Counted from the whole stretch's first letter, positions 26,950-39,758 are shown. The stretch: 54,901 nt of DNA, filler included, from Sluysia triapertura (GCA_046118255.1; 4 parts of 4 records of this genome joined end to end with filler, not necessarily neighbours in it), one strand, 5' to 3'. Numbers and translations are program-made. The notes: generated from the sequence alone by a model not told the origin.

Positions 26950-27870
26950 AATGGACAATCAGCCATTTTCCTATTTAAGCTTAGTTTGTATGACTATTCA
27001 AGATTTATGTTAATCTAGGTTAATTTTTACACAAATATGCGAATAGATTGTTATACTTTTCCATATTATCGATTGTTGGATTTAGCTCGGCAAAAATTCG
27101 ATGAGAAATTTACTTGAAGTGGGTAAAAGTTTCCAAAATATTCCCGTGGCAAAGATGAACCCGAAAAAGGTGGTTTTTGTGCTTAAGTAGTGACTATCAA
27201 AAATACTTGTCACATTGTAACAGTAATAATATAAATGTAAAGAACATTAATAATCAGACGAGTAATTGTACTCAATCAGCATCAGCATTATTGTCTTCGG
27301 CGTCAAACAACAATAACGCAAACCATACTAAATTAAAGAAAAATAATAACCCTTTAATAAATGGTGTATATGGCAAATGGAAAAATATTTGCAAATAGCA
27401 AACATTCAAAATTATTTAACAAAATCTCATTTACAACACCAACCTCAGAATTATAACTCAAAAATGGCTAGTAGTAAAAGAAACATCAGTGTTAGTAATA
27501 CTAATAATAACGCTATGCTGTGTTATCCGTCTACCTCAGATTATTGTTTTAATTCCTTATCTAATGATAAATTACCTGCAACCGCTACATCTATTGACTT
27601 ACCCACATTAACATAAAATTCAACTGATTTGTTATTATCTTCTGTGTACGATGCATCTAGTAGAAGTCAGAAATTTTACTCGGCTGTTAAAACCAGTAAT
27701 TCGTTTTCCATAATAAATAGTCATTATTCAAATAAGCCATGTACTACTGATAATGCCAGTGATACAATAACTGGATCATACTAAAGGTGACAATCATAAT
27801 AATAATAATCATCATCATAATCACACTCGCATCATCATTTTAGTGGTATTCATTTTTCGCATCATCATGT
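26950..27870 (+). pseudogene. Forkhead transcription factor (FoxJ-like) pseudogene with N/S- and His-rich tail
   Basis: Stitched frames give QPFSYLSLVCMTIQ..L..TQI...I / TFPYYR...ARQ / NSMRNLLEVGKSFQNIP / RGKDEPEKGGF; KDEPGKGGFW is typical of FoxJ1. Confidence 0.75.
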
Positions 27871-28390
27871 TGTGTCTTTTATACTTTTTTACTTTATACA
27901 TTATTAATCAAAACCCAATAACTAAACAACTTCAGAATCTCGATATATTCTTTGAATAATCAAAAGTTACAGTTTAAAAGATAACAATTATTCTTTATGA
28001 CGACAATACAAAGTACACTTTATAACAAAATACAAGTTATTCTTTATAACAATATTGCGAATTATTATCCTTAGTTTTGACCCTTTCATCTACCATTATT
28101 CTTCACCAATCCCAACAATCACAATAATTATATCAATCAATTAAAATACGACAAGATACATCAATAAATTCATCAACTTTTTGTGTCTTTTAATACTTTT
28201 ATTTTTCCAAATTATTAAATTAAAATTCAATAACTAAATAAATTCAAAATCTCTATATAATCTTTATTTTATCACAAGATTGCAACTAAAATTATTCTTT
28301 AAAGCAACAACGATACAAAATATTCCTAATAACAATAATCATACATATTATCATATATAACAATACAAATTATTCTTCAATGACAAATAT
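27870..28390. repeat. Diverged tandem duplication, period about 311 bp, C+A-rich on plus
   Basis: TTGTGTCTTTT(A)ATACTTTT...CAATAACTAAA at 27870 and 28181. Confidence 0.75.
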
Positions 28391-29648
28391 CAACCAGGGA
28401 TGACATAACCTATTCACATCTTCGCACCCATATTAATACAAAATTATAAACAATATAAAATAATTCACTAACCCTTATTGTTCTAACTCTAAATGCTTAT
28501 TTGAATCAATTACTAAAGAACAAGCCTTGATATTACAGTTAACCATAGGTGAATCAAGGCAGCGTCCATACAGCTAAAATTTTCTTACGTTTTGTCTCTA
28601 TAACTATTTTTTCCTGATTTTCTTACAGAAATACAACTGCTTATATAACAGTTATATGACAAATAGTGAAATTAAAAATCAGAAACTGAACAAGACGGAA
28701 ATTAAAGCTGTTGATTTTCTTTTAGTCGGCAATAAACCGACTAATTTCGCTGATGAAATGTCGACAGCAGTTTCCGTCAATGTTCAACTTCATTATCATT
28801 CTAATTATCAAATTTGTGATAAACAATCCCTTTATCATTTTAATATCAAATTAAAATTTAAAATAATTGTTATATTGTTTTTATAACAGTAACATAACTT
28901 GTCAACTTAATTTAAAGATAAAATTAATGAAATGATAAATTTATTTCTCGCGGGAGTATTCTGCATTAATACGTTGTGCTTCAACCGTTCGTTGCACGTC
29001 AAGTTCAATAACATATTTGAAGTAGTATCTTTATAAACATTAATTTGATATATACTTTATTAATACTAAGACATCGGAACATATTTAACTTTAATTTTAA
29101 ATTATAAAAATTAATTAAAATAACTAATTTTTACGTTATTTACGTTGACGTGCTTCGCAATACTTCATCATTAAAAAAACTAATAAAACTCAATATTATA
29201 CACTAAATCTAATATCATGAGAAAACGTTTTTATTGACTTAACAAATTAAACAAATTTCAATTAAGTTAATTAACAAATGTACTTTAATATTTTAAGAAA
29301 TAAAACCTTTTAAAGGGTTATTTCTTCGTATTTCTCATTATTTTGATTTGATTAAAAGTATTTTATGTGTTTATCTTACCATTACAATTCATCATAATAC
29401 TGTAAAGGTCATTTGTTTGTTGATACCTAAAATAAATAAATAAATAATAAAGCAAACTTCAATATCTAAAAAGTAAATAAAAATTAATTTACAAAAAATA
29501 AACAAATAACTTGCTGTATATTCGAGGTTATACCTCAATAAATAAAAATCAATTAAAAATAAATTAAATTGATTTAACATATTTACACTGATTTTTTTTA
29601 CCTAAAGAAATTAAAATAAATAAAGTCATTACATTTTAATAAAATTAC

Positions 29649-30623
29649 TGTTAAAGTTATAAATGGTAAACAACTGAAGAGATATATAAAGGTTGAACAT
29701 AAAAATAAAGGAGACAGAACAGTATAAATCGATTCTAGAGATCGTATTTTACAAATTTTACATAGATTTCCAATTTATACTTGATATGTGATTTCTAATC
29801 GGTACGTAATTTGAGTTTTGATAATTTTGTACGATAATTTGTACTTGGTAATCGGAGATATTTGATACTTGTCAAACTAATTGGGAATATTTAGTAATTA
29901 ATTGGTAAAGAATTTTGGAAGATATTTTTTGTTACTTGTCAAGAGATCTGAAGAGTTTATTATGCTCAAGTGGCTGGATTCATCAATTCACTTTATAAAA
30001 AATACAGATTTTATCTTAATTGCTAAGATACAAAATTTTAATTTAATTTATTTAAAAAGTGATCTCTAATTTTAGGTTAAAGGCAGTTTGTCTATTATAA
30101 AATCAAGTTACAGTTATTAGAAAGTTAAATCTAATAATAATAATAATTTATTGTTTATATATTTGTATCATTTGTTTTAGCTATTATATTTTTCATTTTA
30201 TGTAATAAAAATTCAAACGACTTTAAATATAGTTCTGTTTTTTGAAGTTATCCATTAATTGTTAAGGAAGAAATAAAATAGTTCTTTAAAACTACTATTC
30301 GGAATATTTGTAAAGAATTATAGCAACTTTAATATTAAAAGAAGATATTTAGGTGTCATCAATTTGTTCAATTAGTGTTAAGTAAATTCTAAGTTTACGA
30401 TTTTCTTAAGTTGTCAGACCCTCGTTAAGTTTAATTATTAAAATCATACAGGAACGTCATATAAGCGTAAAACTTTAATCGTCGGCAAACTTAATAAGTA
30501 ACATTTAATTTGTTTATCGTTAAATTTAAGAAAAACACTAGCAATATCCTATCTCAAGATCCTTATTCTGTTATCCTGAGTCCTTACCTTTATGTTTCCA
30601 TTTATCCCTCACTAATCTCAACA
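29649..30623 (+). mobile_element. Possible solo LTR
   Basis: TGTT...AACA, TATATAAA near 29684, T-rich tract with AATAAA near 30204, layout like 7921-8954. No TSD found. Confidence 0.35.
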
Positions 30624-31350
30624 CAAGGATCTTTATGGATATGATAAAGAACCTTTATTTGTGTTCGTATCAAATGGTTTTGATGATACATCAATGATAA
30701 AAAGTCAAAAACAATTTATCGCGTGTTATTTGTCTCGGTTTAATGGCCCTGCAGTTACGGAAAAGAAATTGCTGACTAACGAAGTAGTCAAAAGATTTAG
30801 TGTTTAGATATTAGAAAACATTTAATAGTAACATTATATACAGAAGCTGCCAATGTTGGTCAACAAATGGAATTATAAAACGATTTCAAGAATGAAACTT
30901 TGGCAGCACACTTTAGATCTTTGATACAACATCAATTTGATTATATTCTAATACCAAAATTTCGTGGAGCTGACGCAAAATTACAATTTTCTAGAATATA
31001 TAACTAAACAATATTAACACACCGGAAAAAAATATAATAGCTCTAAAATATGAACCAAAGAATGATTTTGTTGATCTTTTAAAAGATGGAAATTCTCACA
31101 AAGTGTTATTTCTTTCCATAAAGTTTGATAGAATCACTTCTGTCCTATCAAATATCTCATTATAAACTTATATTAAAAGTTCTTATAAACCCAACATTAA
31201 ATGTTAGATGTTAGTAAAGCCATGCATTATTTAATAGCTTCAATTTTTGATTAAATTAATAAAATAAATGATTTTACTCCATAAATTTGTAAAAATAAGG
31301 CATTTTATAAAAGTACAAAAGTAAATCTATTTTTAAAAATTGTAATAATA

Positions 31351-31486
31351 CAGTGTAGGGTCATTAAGCCGCGTCTAAACTACTTACCGATGATTAAATA
31401 TTTTTTAAATCTTTAAAGTCATAAAATTGGGATCCAGCTTATTGCGTCACTTAAGCTAATTCGAGGGTTTAATGGTCTTACAGTTG
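31351..31486. mobile_element. Short inverted-repeat element (MITE-like)
   Basis: TGTAGGGTCATTAAGCC / GGTTTAATGGTCTTACA (13/17 Watson-Crick); a related end sits near 30737-30755. Confidence 0.5.
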
Positions 31487-31753
31487 CGAAGTAGTCGAGA
31501 GAGTTATTAGAAATTAGAAAAACCAAATGTACGTTTCTGAATTCTCCAGATATAAATTTATTGTGTAAATTGTGCAAGCATATTTGTCATGCAATTTAAT
31601 CCTCTTGTGAAATAATTTCACATTACCAGTCGTCAGATTTATTATAATATAATTTTTTTAATAATGTAAATTTATTTGTTTATATATAAAATTAAAAGTC
31701 ATTAATACAATTTCATAGTATTTTTTAAATAAAAACTAAAAACGGCCATCTGA

Positions 31754-32092
31754 TTGGTCGTGGTGCATTTAGTGTTAAGCATTATTATTAATCTGGATGA
31801 AAATAATTTATCACATACGATAATGTACCTACACATATCACATTCTGCATCTGATATATGTATCAAGAATAATCATAAAATAAAATTTATTCCATCTTAT
31901 TCTCCACAACTTAATCCAATTGAAGATGTTTTTTAAATGAAAAAAATCATAAAATCTGTAAATTGTCAAACAGAAAATCAATTAAAATTGAAAATAATCC
32001 AATCAAGTTTGGATATCACTAGTAAAGATTGTAACTCATGTTTTAAGCATTTGCGCGAGTATTTAATAAGATCAATTGATGAGTCCTTTTAA
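31754..32092 (+). mobile_element. Tc1/IS630-family DDE transposase C-terminal relic
   Basis: IKFIPSYSPQLNPIEDVF motif and downstream helix ...DCNSCFKH; internal stop. Confidence 0.85.
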
Positions 32093-32125
32093 CACGTTGA
32101 ATGCCACGGGGTAATCGGTGACCAT
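32093..32125 (+). mobile_element. piggyBac-like terminus (orphan)
   Basis: TTAA|CACGTTGAATGCCACGGGGTAATCGGTGACC with a subterminal near-palindrome. Confidence 0.4.
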
Positions 32126-32799
32126 TGAAGCCAAGATTATTAGAAACACATACTGAGAAATTCATGTAAAATTAAATAAATATCTTTTATTGTAAATTTA
32201 TTGTAATTTTATTAAAAAGTATGACTCTTCGCTTATTTTGGAGTTTTTTTATTTTATTGGATAATATAAATAAGCAATATATAATTACAATATTCTAATT
32301 AATTTCTAAAAAGATTAAGTTATATGACAAAATGTTTAAATTATTTGACAAGAAGATTAAATATTATAAAAATGTATTTATATTTTTTTTGAAGTAAAAT
32401 TTATCATTTATAATGTTGAGACATTTTCCAAACTTCATGAAGAATATACTTTTCAATAAGTAAAAAAAGACTTTTAGTCAAATATTTATATCATGTTTAA
32501 TTGAAAAAGATATTTAAATTGCAATTAGAGAAAAAATTGTTACGTAATAAACAATTAATGTATGTTTTTATAATAGAATTTAAATATCAAAACAATTTTC
32601 TACTTAAATAATTGGATAATTCAATGGCAAGAAATGTTTTAAAAATAATCAAGATAAACTTGAAAAATATAGAAATATCAAAAAAACATTTAAGATATAT
32701 TTTACATGTTTTCTAAGATAATAATAATATATTTAATTTACATTGCGCTCATATCTACTGCAAAATACTCAAAAGCACTTAAAGTAAATTATTTACTAT

Positions 32800-33470
32800 A
32801 ATATTACCATAAATTTAGTTAATATTTCATAATCTTCCAGTAATTTGATATTGTCTGGTAACTGGTTGTATATTTTTGAAACATAAACGGTATACATCCT
32901 ATCACCTAGCACGTTATCACTCTGGATTCTGTATAGATCATTGTCTCAATGAAATATTCATCTTGGTTTCCAAATTTTTTATTATTTCTAAGAGATATTC
33001 CATAATGTAGGCATTTGTAAATTATTATCATTATTTCTATTCTTGAATTCTATTCTTGCTTTTAATGGCAACCAATGTAATTCCTTAAGATAAGGTGTTA
33101 CATGAGATCTTGGAGAAGAAGAATATAATTCAGGATTTGTTGATTAGTTTAATTCAAAAATTCAAGAAAAATAAACAAAATATTCAATATTTATGATTTT
33201 ATTAGATTTATATTTTAATATATTAATTACTAAAATAATTTTAACTCTTTTAGAACCAGTGATGCGTGTTATTTTTCTTGTTTTCTTCCATTTTGAATCA
33301 AATATATCAATTAAGCACATTTTTCGTCAATTTTTTAATTAATATAACTAGATAAATCTTATTTGGATAAATGAGTCTCTTTCTCTTACAATAGATAAAT
33401 ACTATTGTCCCACAATTATCGATTCCTCAAATTGTATTTTGACATTTTCCATCACAAATAATTTTTCATA
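32800..33470 (-). mobile_element. L2/CR1-group LINE 3' fragment
   Basis: RSHVTPYLKELHWLPLKARIEFK..IIYKCLH and GDRMYTVYVSKIYNQLPDNIK. Confidence 0.8.
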
Positions 33471-33474
33471 CAAC

Positions 33475-34096
33475 TGTGAAAAATTAATGAATTTTTATAA
33501 AAGTGATTGATTATTTTTAATGAATTTCTTAATGGAAATATATATTAATATTTAATGGATTAATTGTTTTCGAGTAAATATTAATACATTAAATGAATAG
33601 AACATTATGCTTAATGGATTTTTAATGGAATGGCTGAATATAATAAAACGTACAACAAATTAAAAAACAGCGATTTAAAACGTATTATGGTTGGAAAGTT
33701 TTTTAGACATAACTATATTATATCCAATGATTGATCCGAACCGGGAGATTCTTAGTGTTACGAAGACAAATTCCTGATATTGCTCAAACCTCTTGACGAA
33801 CTAGATAAGTGTATTGTCGCTGAATTCGTTCCAGCCATTCTATTGGCTTCTGTCCTACTAGATAAATCGTAAGTTATATTTGTTAAGTTGTACCCTTAGT
33901 TTTCTACTTAGTTTAACGCTAATTTCAAAATCACTAAAAATTGTATTAATATTAAGCTAAGTCTTAATATTTTAATATCTTAATATTACTATCCTTTCGT
34001 AGTATTATTATCTTATTGTTCACAGTTTTTAAATTTTTTGCATAATTTTTATAATTATTTGTGTAATAAATATTTGTATTTACGGATTTCGTAACA
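33475..34096 (+). mobile_element. LTR-like segment
   Basis: T-rich tract with AATAAA ending TTCGTAACA (34088-34096), the exact inverse of TGTTACGAA at 33756. True 5' end uncertain. Confidence 0.4.
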
Positions 34097-34794
34097 GTAA
34101 TCACGAATAGTCATAAAGTAATACAAATTAATAAGACATCCAGCAACCAAATTGGCACAACTTATAAAAATAACTTTAAAAGCTATAGAAAAGTACTTCA
34201 TCAACTGTACATACACTGATAATAAAACAAATAACTGTACACATACATCAGTAAATTTTCATTAAACATAACAAACCCTTGATTTATAAAATCTTATAGT
34301 TTAAGCTAGCAATAAAATCTCTTAAAATTTAATACTTTTAAGCAAGAGAGGATCAAAAGTCTTCTATTGTTACTGCAAGTGTTCTGTCTTAAGAGAAACC
34401 TACTTAGTAAAATTGTTAACGTCTGGAAGAGAGTTAGGTTAGATAGAGACGATTTATGTCACTAGCTGACGACGGTCTAATTAGACTTATAACCAACGTA
34501 AAGAAATTAACTGCAAAAGATAACCTCAGCGAAATCAACTGGTAGCAATGTATAATCGGATTTTAATTTTATCTGTAGGTTAGGACAACCTTTTTACGGT
34601 CTGTCGAATGTTCAAATATTTTAAAGGTGAAATCAGCCTTTTTACGGTCTGATTATAATCAAAAAACGAAGAACTCTCAAATATAAGAGTATATTAATTA
34701 CAACTTACACACACTATATAATAAAGATAAGATTTTAAATTTTAACGTTTCCCTTAGATTGAAATAATTTTAATTCGAAGGTAAGTCAGCCTTT

Positions 34795-35512
34795 TTAAGT
34801 CTTGTTCAATAGACTTAAATTCTTATCTAAATTGTCCGAATAATTTACAGCAGTAGTGGGATATGTGCTTTTTACTCTGTTCAACACAGTATTAGTAGGT
34901 ATGGCTGGTTTTGAGTAGCAGTAATATCTAATTTGTCTAAGATTTGGTACACGTAAATCGCATACTCTATATTCTGGCAAAAATCCGAGTGTATTGTGAA
35001 TTTTTTTATGAAGTAGAATCCAAACCTCGATAAAAGTAAGATTTTGTTCAAATGCAAAAAATAGATAATTATCAGTTTTAGGAAGTATTAGTGCATAATG
35101 CTGTTCTTTATCAAATAATTCATCAAAATCCTTTTTGGGTGGGTTCTTTTTGTTTACTTCATAACCAATTAGTATAGCATTTTCCGTTAACGGGTTTGTT
35201 ATTTTCACAAAGTTATTTCTTTCCCTATATAGTAACATTGGAAATTTTATAGATATTGATAAATGATCAAAAGCATAAGATTTTGTTCTAATTCTATAAT
35301 CGTGTATTGATATAATTTTTGAGTTTTGGTTTGGTTCAAATTCAATTTCTAACTCCAAAGTAATATTAAACAATTGATTACACATCCATTGCACATCATT
35401 ACCCGATGACTGGTATATTTACTAATGTCCAATCCATGTTTACACCAATTAACCAAGCGACAACTAATAGAGATATTGGTGATTTTAGGAATATTACTTT
35501 GTATATTTCCAT
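34795..35512 (-). CDS. Accessory ORF (199 aa open; possible signal peptide from ATG 35512 via frameshift)
   Basis: 600-bp stop-free frame with complex composition; the upstream frame reads MEIYKVIFLKSPISLLVVAWLIGV. Confidence 0.55.
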
Positions 35513-35600
35513 ACATAATTTTTCGACGTGATTTAAATGTAATTCATGGTCTTATTATTATTCATATTGTATGTACGCTAATTATACATGTCATACATAT

Positions 35601-35867
35601 TCATGCTATCATGACTGACTGTAAGCTTGCCACCTGCCATCCTGTTGCGTATTCGTAGATAGGGGGTGGTGGTGGTGGCTCAAGATTATTTCTGTGTGGA
35701 ACAGTATATCGATCATCGTCGTCATTATTCGGAAGTAAGCACGGATATCTACACGGATATCTGTTTGACACAAACATGATAATTACTAGTATAACAATTG
35801 ATAGAGCAATGATGAATAATATTGCAGCTAAAATTAATATTAACAATGATGGATCCGTTCTTAACAT
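35601..35867 (-). CDS. 88-aa single-pass TM protein with PPxY motif
   Basis: About 26-residue hydrophobic stretch, RYPCRYPC, DDDD, EPPPPPPIYEY. Confidence 0.7.
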   Translation of the reverse strand: MLRTDPSLLILILAAILFIIALSIVILVIIMFVSNRYPCRYPCLLPNNDDDDRYTVPHRNNLEPPPPPPIYEYATGWQVASLQSVMIA

Positions 35868-36416
35868 TTCTGATAATGACAGATATTTTCGGTTCCTTTT
35901 AGTGTAAAATGTAGTTGTTCTAATTTCGCTGGTGCTACATATATCTTAGCAATAATAAGTCGCTCTTCGTTAGGCAAGAAATCAGTACATATGGCAATAT
36001 TATTTACCAAATTATTAATATAATATTCCTTTACGTTCCAAGAACAAGTTAAGTCTATTTGGTTTCAGACACATAAATCTCACTTGAATGTCGTTCTGTA
36101 ATATTTTAACTCTTACTTCTGTGTCATAATTATGAAATTCGAGATACTCGGTTTTATAAATTTGTACATCACATTGAACCGTGGTAGTTATTAAGACTAA
36201 CATTAAAGGTATTGGTTTTTTATTAATTGCGACTACGCCTATTTTTCTACTAAAGTCAATTATATGCAATCTGACCCAAATTGCATATATTACTATAAGG
36301 ATTACTGAAATTGGAATTAGTTTATATATTAATGTGATAATGTTGGACGGTATGTCATTTGATGTACAATTGTTTAGATATTTATTCATTGTAATATTCT
36401 GCACCAAATTTTGCAC
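35861..36416 (-). CDS. Accessory membrane or secreted ORF (frameshifted near 36030)
   Basis: Hydrophobic IPISVILIVIYAIWV, second signal-like PLMLVLITTTVQC; continues in another frame KEYYINN...ICHYQKC*. Confidence 0.5.
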
Positions 36417-36561
36417 CTTTCTCGTGTTTCACTTTGTGTCCAATGCAAACAACGCGAAATCTTATTTATGTGATTAATAGTGGGTCTAGATAAATACAAT
36501 ATATATCAAGTTTATGCCGTAAAACATTTTCTTTGAGCTAAATTTTATCTCCCAATATTCA

Positions 36562-37300
36562 TTATAAATATTCGTGACTGATATTTTTGTTCTTTTCCGT
36601 TATTAATTGCAGCATATAAATTCCTATACTTTCATCCTCATCAATATCTATGAATTTGACGAAATTAATCATTACCACTAATAGTATCATCCACCATGAC
36701 CTCTTATGATTATTTACCCTGGTAAATGTAAGCATTACTGTATCGACAGAGCCAATTCTCGATGATGATGATTCCGAAAATTCACTCGTTACTGCTGACA
36801 TTGATGAGTCTGTTGATGACTCATCCCATAAAAAATCAAATAATCGAATTGGTAGAGGAACTGGATTACTAGGTTGGATTTCCGGTGTTGAAATATTAAT
36901 CGGAGCAATATTACTACTACGAGATGGAATAATAACCTGTGGAAGTATTAATTGTGCACCTTGAGGAAATTTTGTAAGACCATACATACAATGTATGACT
37001 GTGTCATCTAATTTATCGAGTGTGTCTAAGCAAATTATTAAATCAAAAGGGGATTCTTTCCAAACACAGATATATTCATTTACTCGTTTGTCTAATATAC
37101 CCAAATGTGCGTGTATTATTCCATCTATATTTATCGGTGTCCGTTGCAGGTTATAAATTATTGTTGGCGGTGGATCCAAAAATACAATTTCCCATGTGGT
37201 CAAAAAATTATAGTGTATTACTGATGTGGTTGCTCCCGTATCAATATTGCTTGGATCCATCTACCATTGAATCGTACGTTTTGGAAAATATGCGTAAGTA
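36562..37300 (-). CDS. Retropepsin-like aspartic protease + Ser-rich linker + hydrophobic segment, downstream of integrase
   Basis: VRFNGRWIQAI[L]/DTGATTSVI (DTGA at 37231-37242); FDLIICLDTL resembles DxILGxDFL; WWMILLVVMINFVKFI. Confidence 0.75.
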
Positions 37301-37329
37301 TTCCAGTTGATACATGGTACATCATTACT

Positions 37330-39282
37330 ACTTGCTTATGAACCAGCGACTGAACTGAAGATGGTGGTTTATCTCGATCTTTTGTTTTTGGTTTAACCTT
37401 TAATTTAGACTTTTTAACAGTTCTATTTCTTAACTGGTATTCATCACTTGGTACTATCTTACATCTGTTGACATGTACTATAAAAGTTTCGGAATCTAGT
37501 TTGGTTGTATCTTTAACAAATAAATTGGTATCGGTGATTTTTATTATTTCATGTGGTCCCTTAAATGGCTTATGTAACTTTGGTGATTGTCCCGTTTGGT
37601 TAATGGATATTCGATGAGTATCTTATCACCAATCTGAAAATTGTGCTCTTTAGCTTTCTTGTCGTATGCATCCTTATGTGCTTCTTGTGAAAATTTTATT
37701 TGTAAACCAGCACGTTTCCAAGCATCTTGTAGTCTTTCGTGCATTATTCTTACGTATTCAGGCGTTTCCATATATTGAGATGTAGGTAGTATCCATTCTA
37801 AGTCCACTGGCATATTTGAGTGACGTCTGTACATTAAATAAAATGGAGTAAAATTTATTGCTTGATGCACCGATGCGAATAAACACGGTGAAATATATAA
37901 GTCCCAGTCTGTTTGCATATCATTTACGTTTGATTGAAGCATATTTATCAATGTTCGATTAAACCGTTCAACTAGTCCATCCGTCTGCGAATGATAAGGT
38001 GATGTGTAAATTCTTAAAATGTCGAATATTTTTGCCACTGATTTAATTACATCACTAGTAAAATTTGTACCCTGATCTGTAAGTAACTTTCGTGGCGTAC
38101 CATATCTGTATATTATTTTTTCTACAAGTATCTGTGAGACAGTTTCTTCCCTTTGATTCTCATTGGGTACGCCTCAGGCCATTTAGTTAAGTAGTCGGCA
38201 AATACAATAATATATTATTTCCATTAAAAGTTTCTGGTAGTGGTCCCACCATATCCATTGCTGTAAAGTCCATGGGTGATAATGAAACTGGCATTGGTTT
38301 AAGTGGTACTTTTGTCCGAGTTCCAGTATTTTTCCTTCTACAACAGAATGAACTATCTTTACACCATTTTCTAATGTCTTCTTCCGTGCTTTCCCAATAA
38401 TATTTATCTTTTATGCGTGATAATGTTTTTCTTAAAGACAGATATCCACCTAATTGACCATCATGAAATTGTATTAGAATTGGTGTTATCAGTGATTTAG
38501 GGACTATGGTTTTCCAGTCTTCTTTTGAATCTCTAAATCGAAGAATTCCGTCCGTAATGGCTAATCTCTTTGCCTGATTTTCGATTAGTGTCCCTTTCGC
38601 TAATGAATCAATAATACATGAAATTTATTCATCTTCCCTTAGATGTTTGATAATTTCCTTAGGGTTTTGCAACTTGCTTGATATTGCCATAATTTTTATT
38701 AAATTAATATTTGCTTTATCATTTACGTTTGTCGGTCGTGACATACAGTCAGCGCCATTGCTTTGTGAACCTGGTTTGTAGATAACTTTTAAGTCAAATT
38801 CAGATAGTTTGTTGAACCATCTATTTAGTCTGCTCACTTCATCTCTATGGTTGTACAAGTAGGTTAGTGGTTTGTGACCTGTATATAAATAAACTTTTTG
38901 CCCTAACAGATAATGTCTAAATAACTTGCATGCGTATACTCTTGCTAAACACTCCTCTTCTATTGCAGAATAGTTCATTTCAGTTTTATTCAGTCTTCGA
39001 CTAGCATATGCGATTACCGCTTCTAAATTGTTCATATCCTTTTGTCCCAAAATTGCTCCTATGGCATAGTTAGTGGCATCTGTGGTGATTATAAATGGTT
39101 TATTGACATCTGGAAATATTAATATTGGTGTCGTGGTTAGCCGTTTTTTTTAATTTTTTAAAGGCTTTTGTTTGTTCTTCTGTCCATCTAAATTCCACAT
39201 CTTTCTTTGTTAATTTTCTGAGGGGCTGGGCTATCTTAGCAAAATTTTTAACAAAACTTCTATAATAATTAGCTAAGACTAA
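37330..39282 (-). pseudogene. pol: pol: RT connection, RNase H, integrase with GPY/F module
   Basis: LANYYRSFVKNFAKIAQPL; TDATNYAIGAILGQ; YSAIEEECLA; MDMVGPLP; LLTDQGTNFTS; PYHSQTDGLVERFNRTL; KLHKPFKGPHEI; several frameshifts. Confidence 0.95.
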
Positions 39283-39541
39283 AATTTTTATGTAGTAATC
39301 ATAAAATAATAATAAAATGGTACTAAAATTTAAAATAACATTTATAAAATAATTTATATTTCTAATTTAGTAAAATGAGCTAATTTATCGACTAATTATT
39401 TACAAATATTGATATATACAAAAATATTAAATTAATTATTTACAAATATTAATTAAAATGTTGTTTTTAAATACAACTTAAACATTAAATCATTACATTA
39501 AATTATTTTTAATCATTAAATTTATTACATTTATTATTTAC

Positions 39542-39600
<59 letters not shown>
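39542..39600. repeat. (AAT)n microsatellite
   Basis: Direct. Confidence 0.95.
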
Positions 39601-39601
<1 letters not shown>

Positions 39602-39758
39602 TGTTAGGTCTTCCATCACGACACTTTAAAATATCATAAAATGTTTTAAAATTATTTATGTGTCAAAAAACACATAAAAAGTATTAATTTTCCAAAAAAG
39701 AAATTATTTTTTCTAAAAAAGAAAATAAAATTTCTAAAATAGAAAATAAGCTTCTAAA

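Larger units (their letters stand above)
34097..39282 (-). mobile_element. 5'-truncated Ty3/Gypsy LTR retrotransposon: RT end - RNase H - integrase - protease/TM - accessory ORFs - probable 3' LTR (about 34097-34710)
   Basis: See component features; all ORFs are co-oriented and contiguous. Confidence 0.85.

Noticed and set aside
30625-31210. Decayed coding-like stretch (also 19200-20200, 20900-21500, 41000-41540, 53350-53680)
   Set aside because: Fragmentary frames with no family I can support.
31380-31460. U1 snRNA-like start TACTTACC
   Set aside because: No U1 stem-loop I or Sm-site architecture follows.
35425-37310. Plus-strand ORFs 35425, 36181 and 37020
   Set aside because: Antisense to better-supported minus-strand ORFs.
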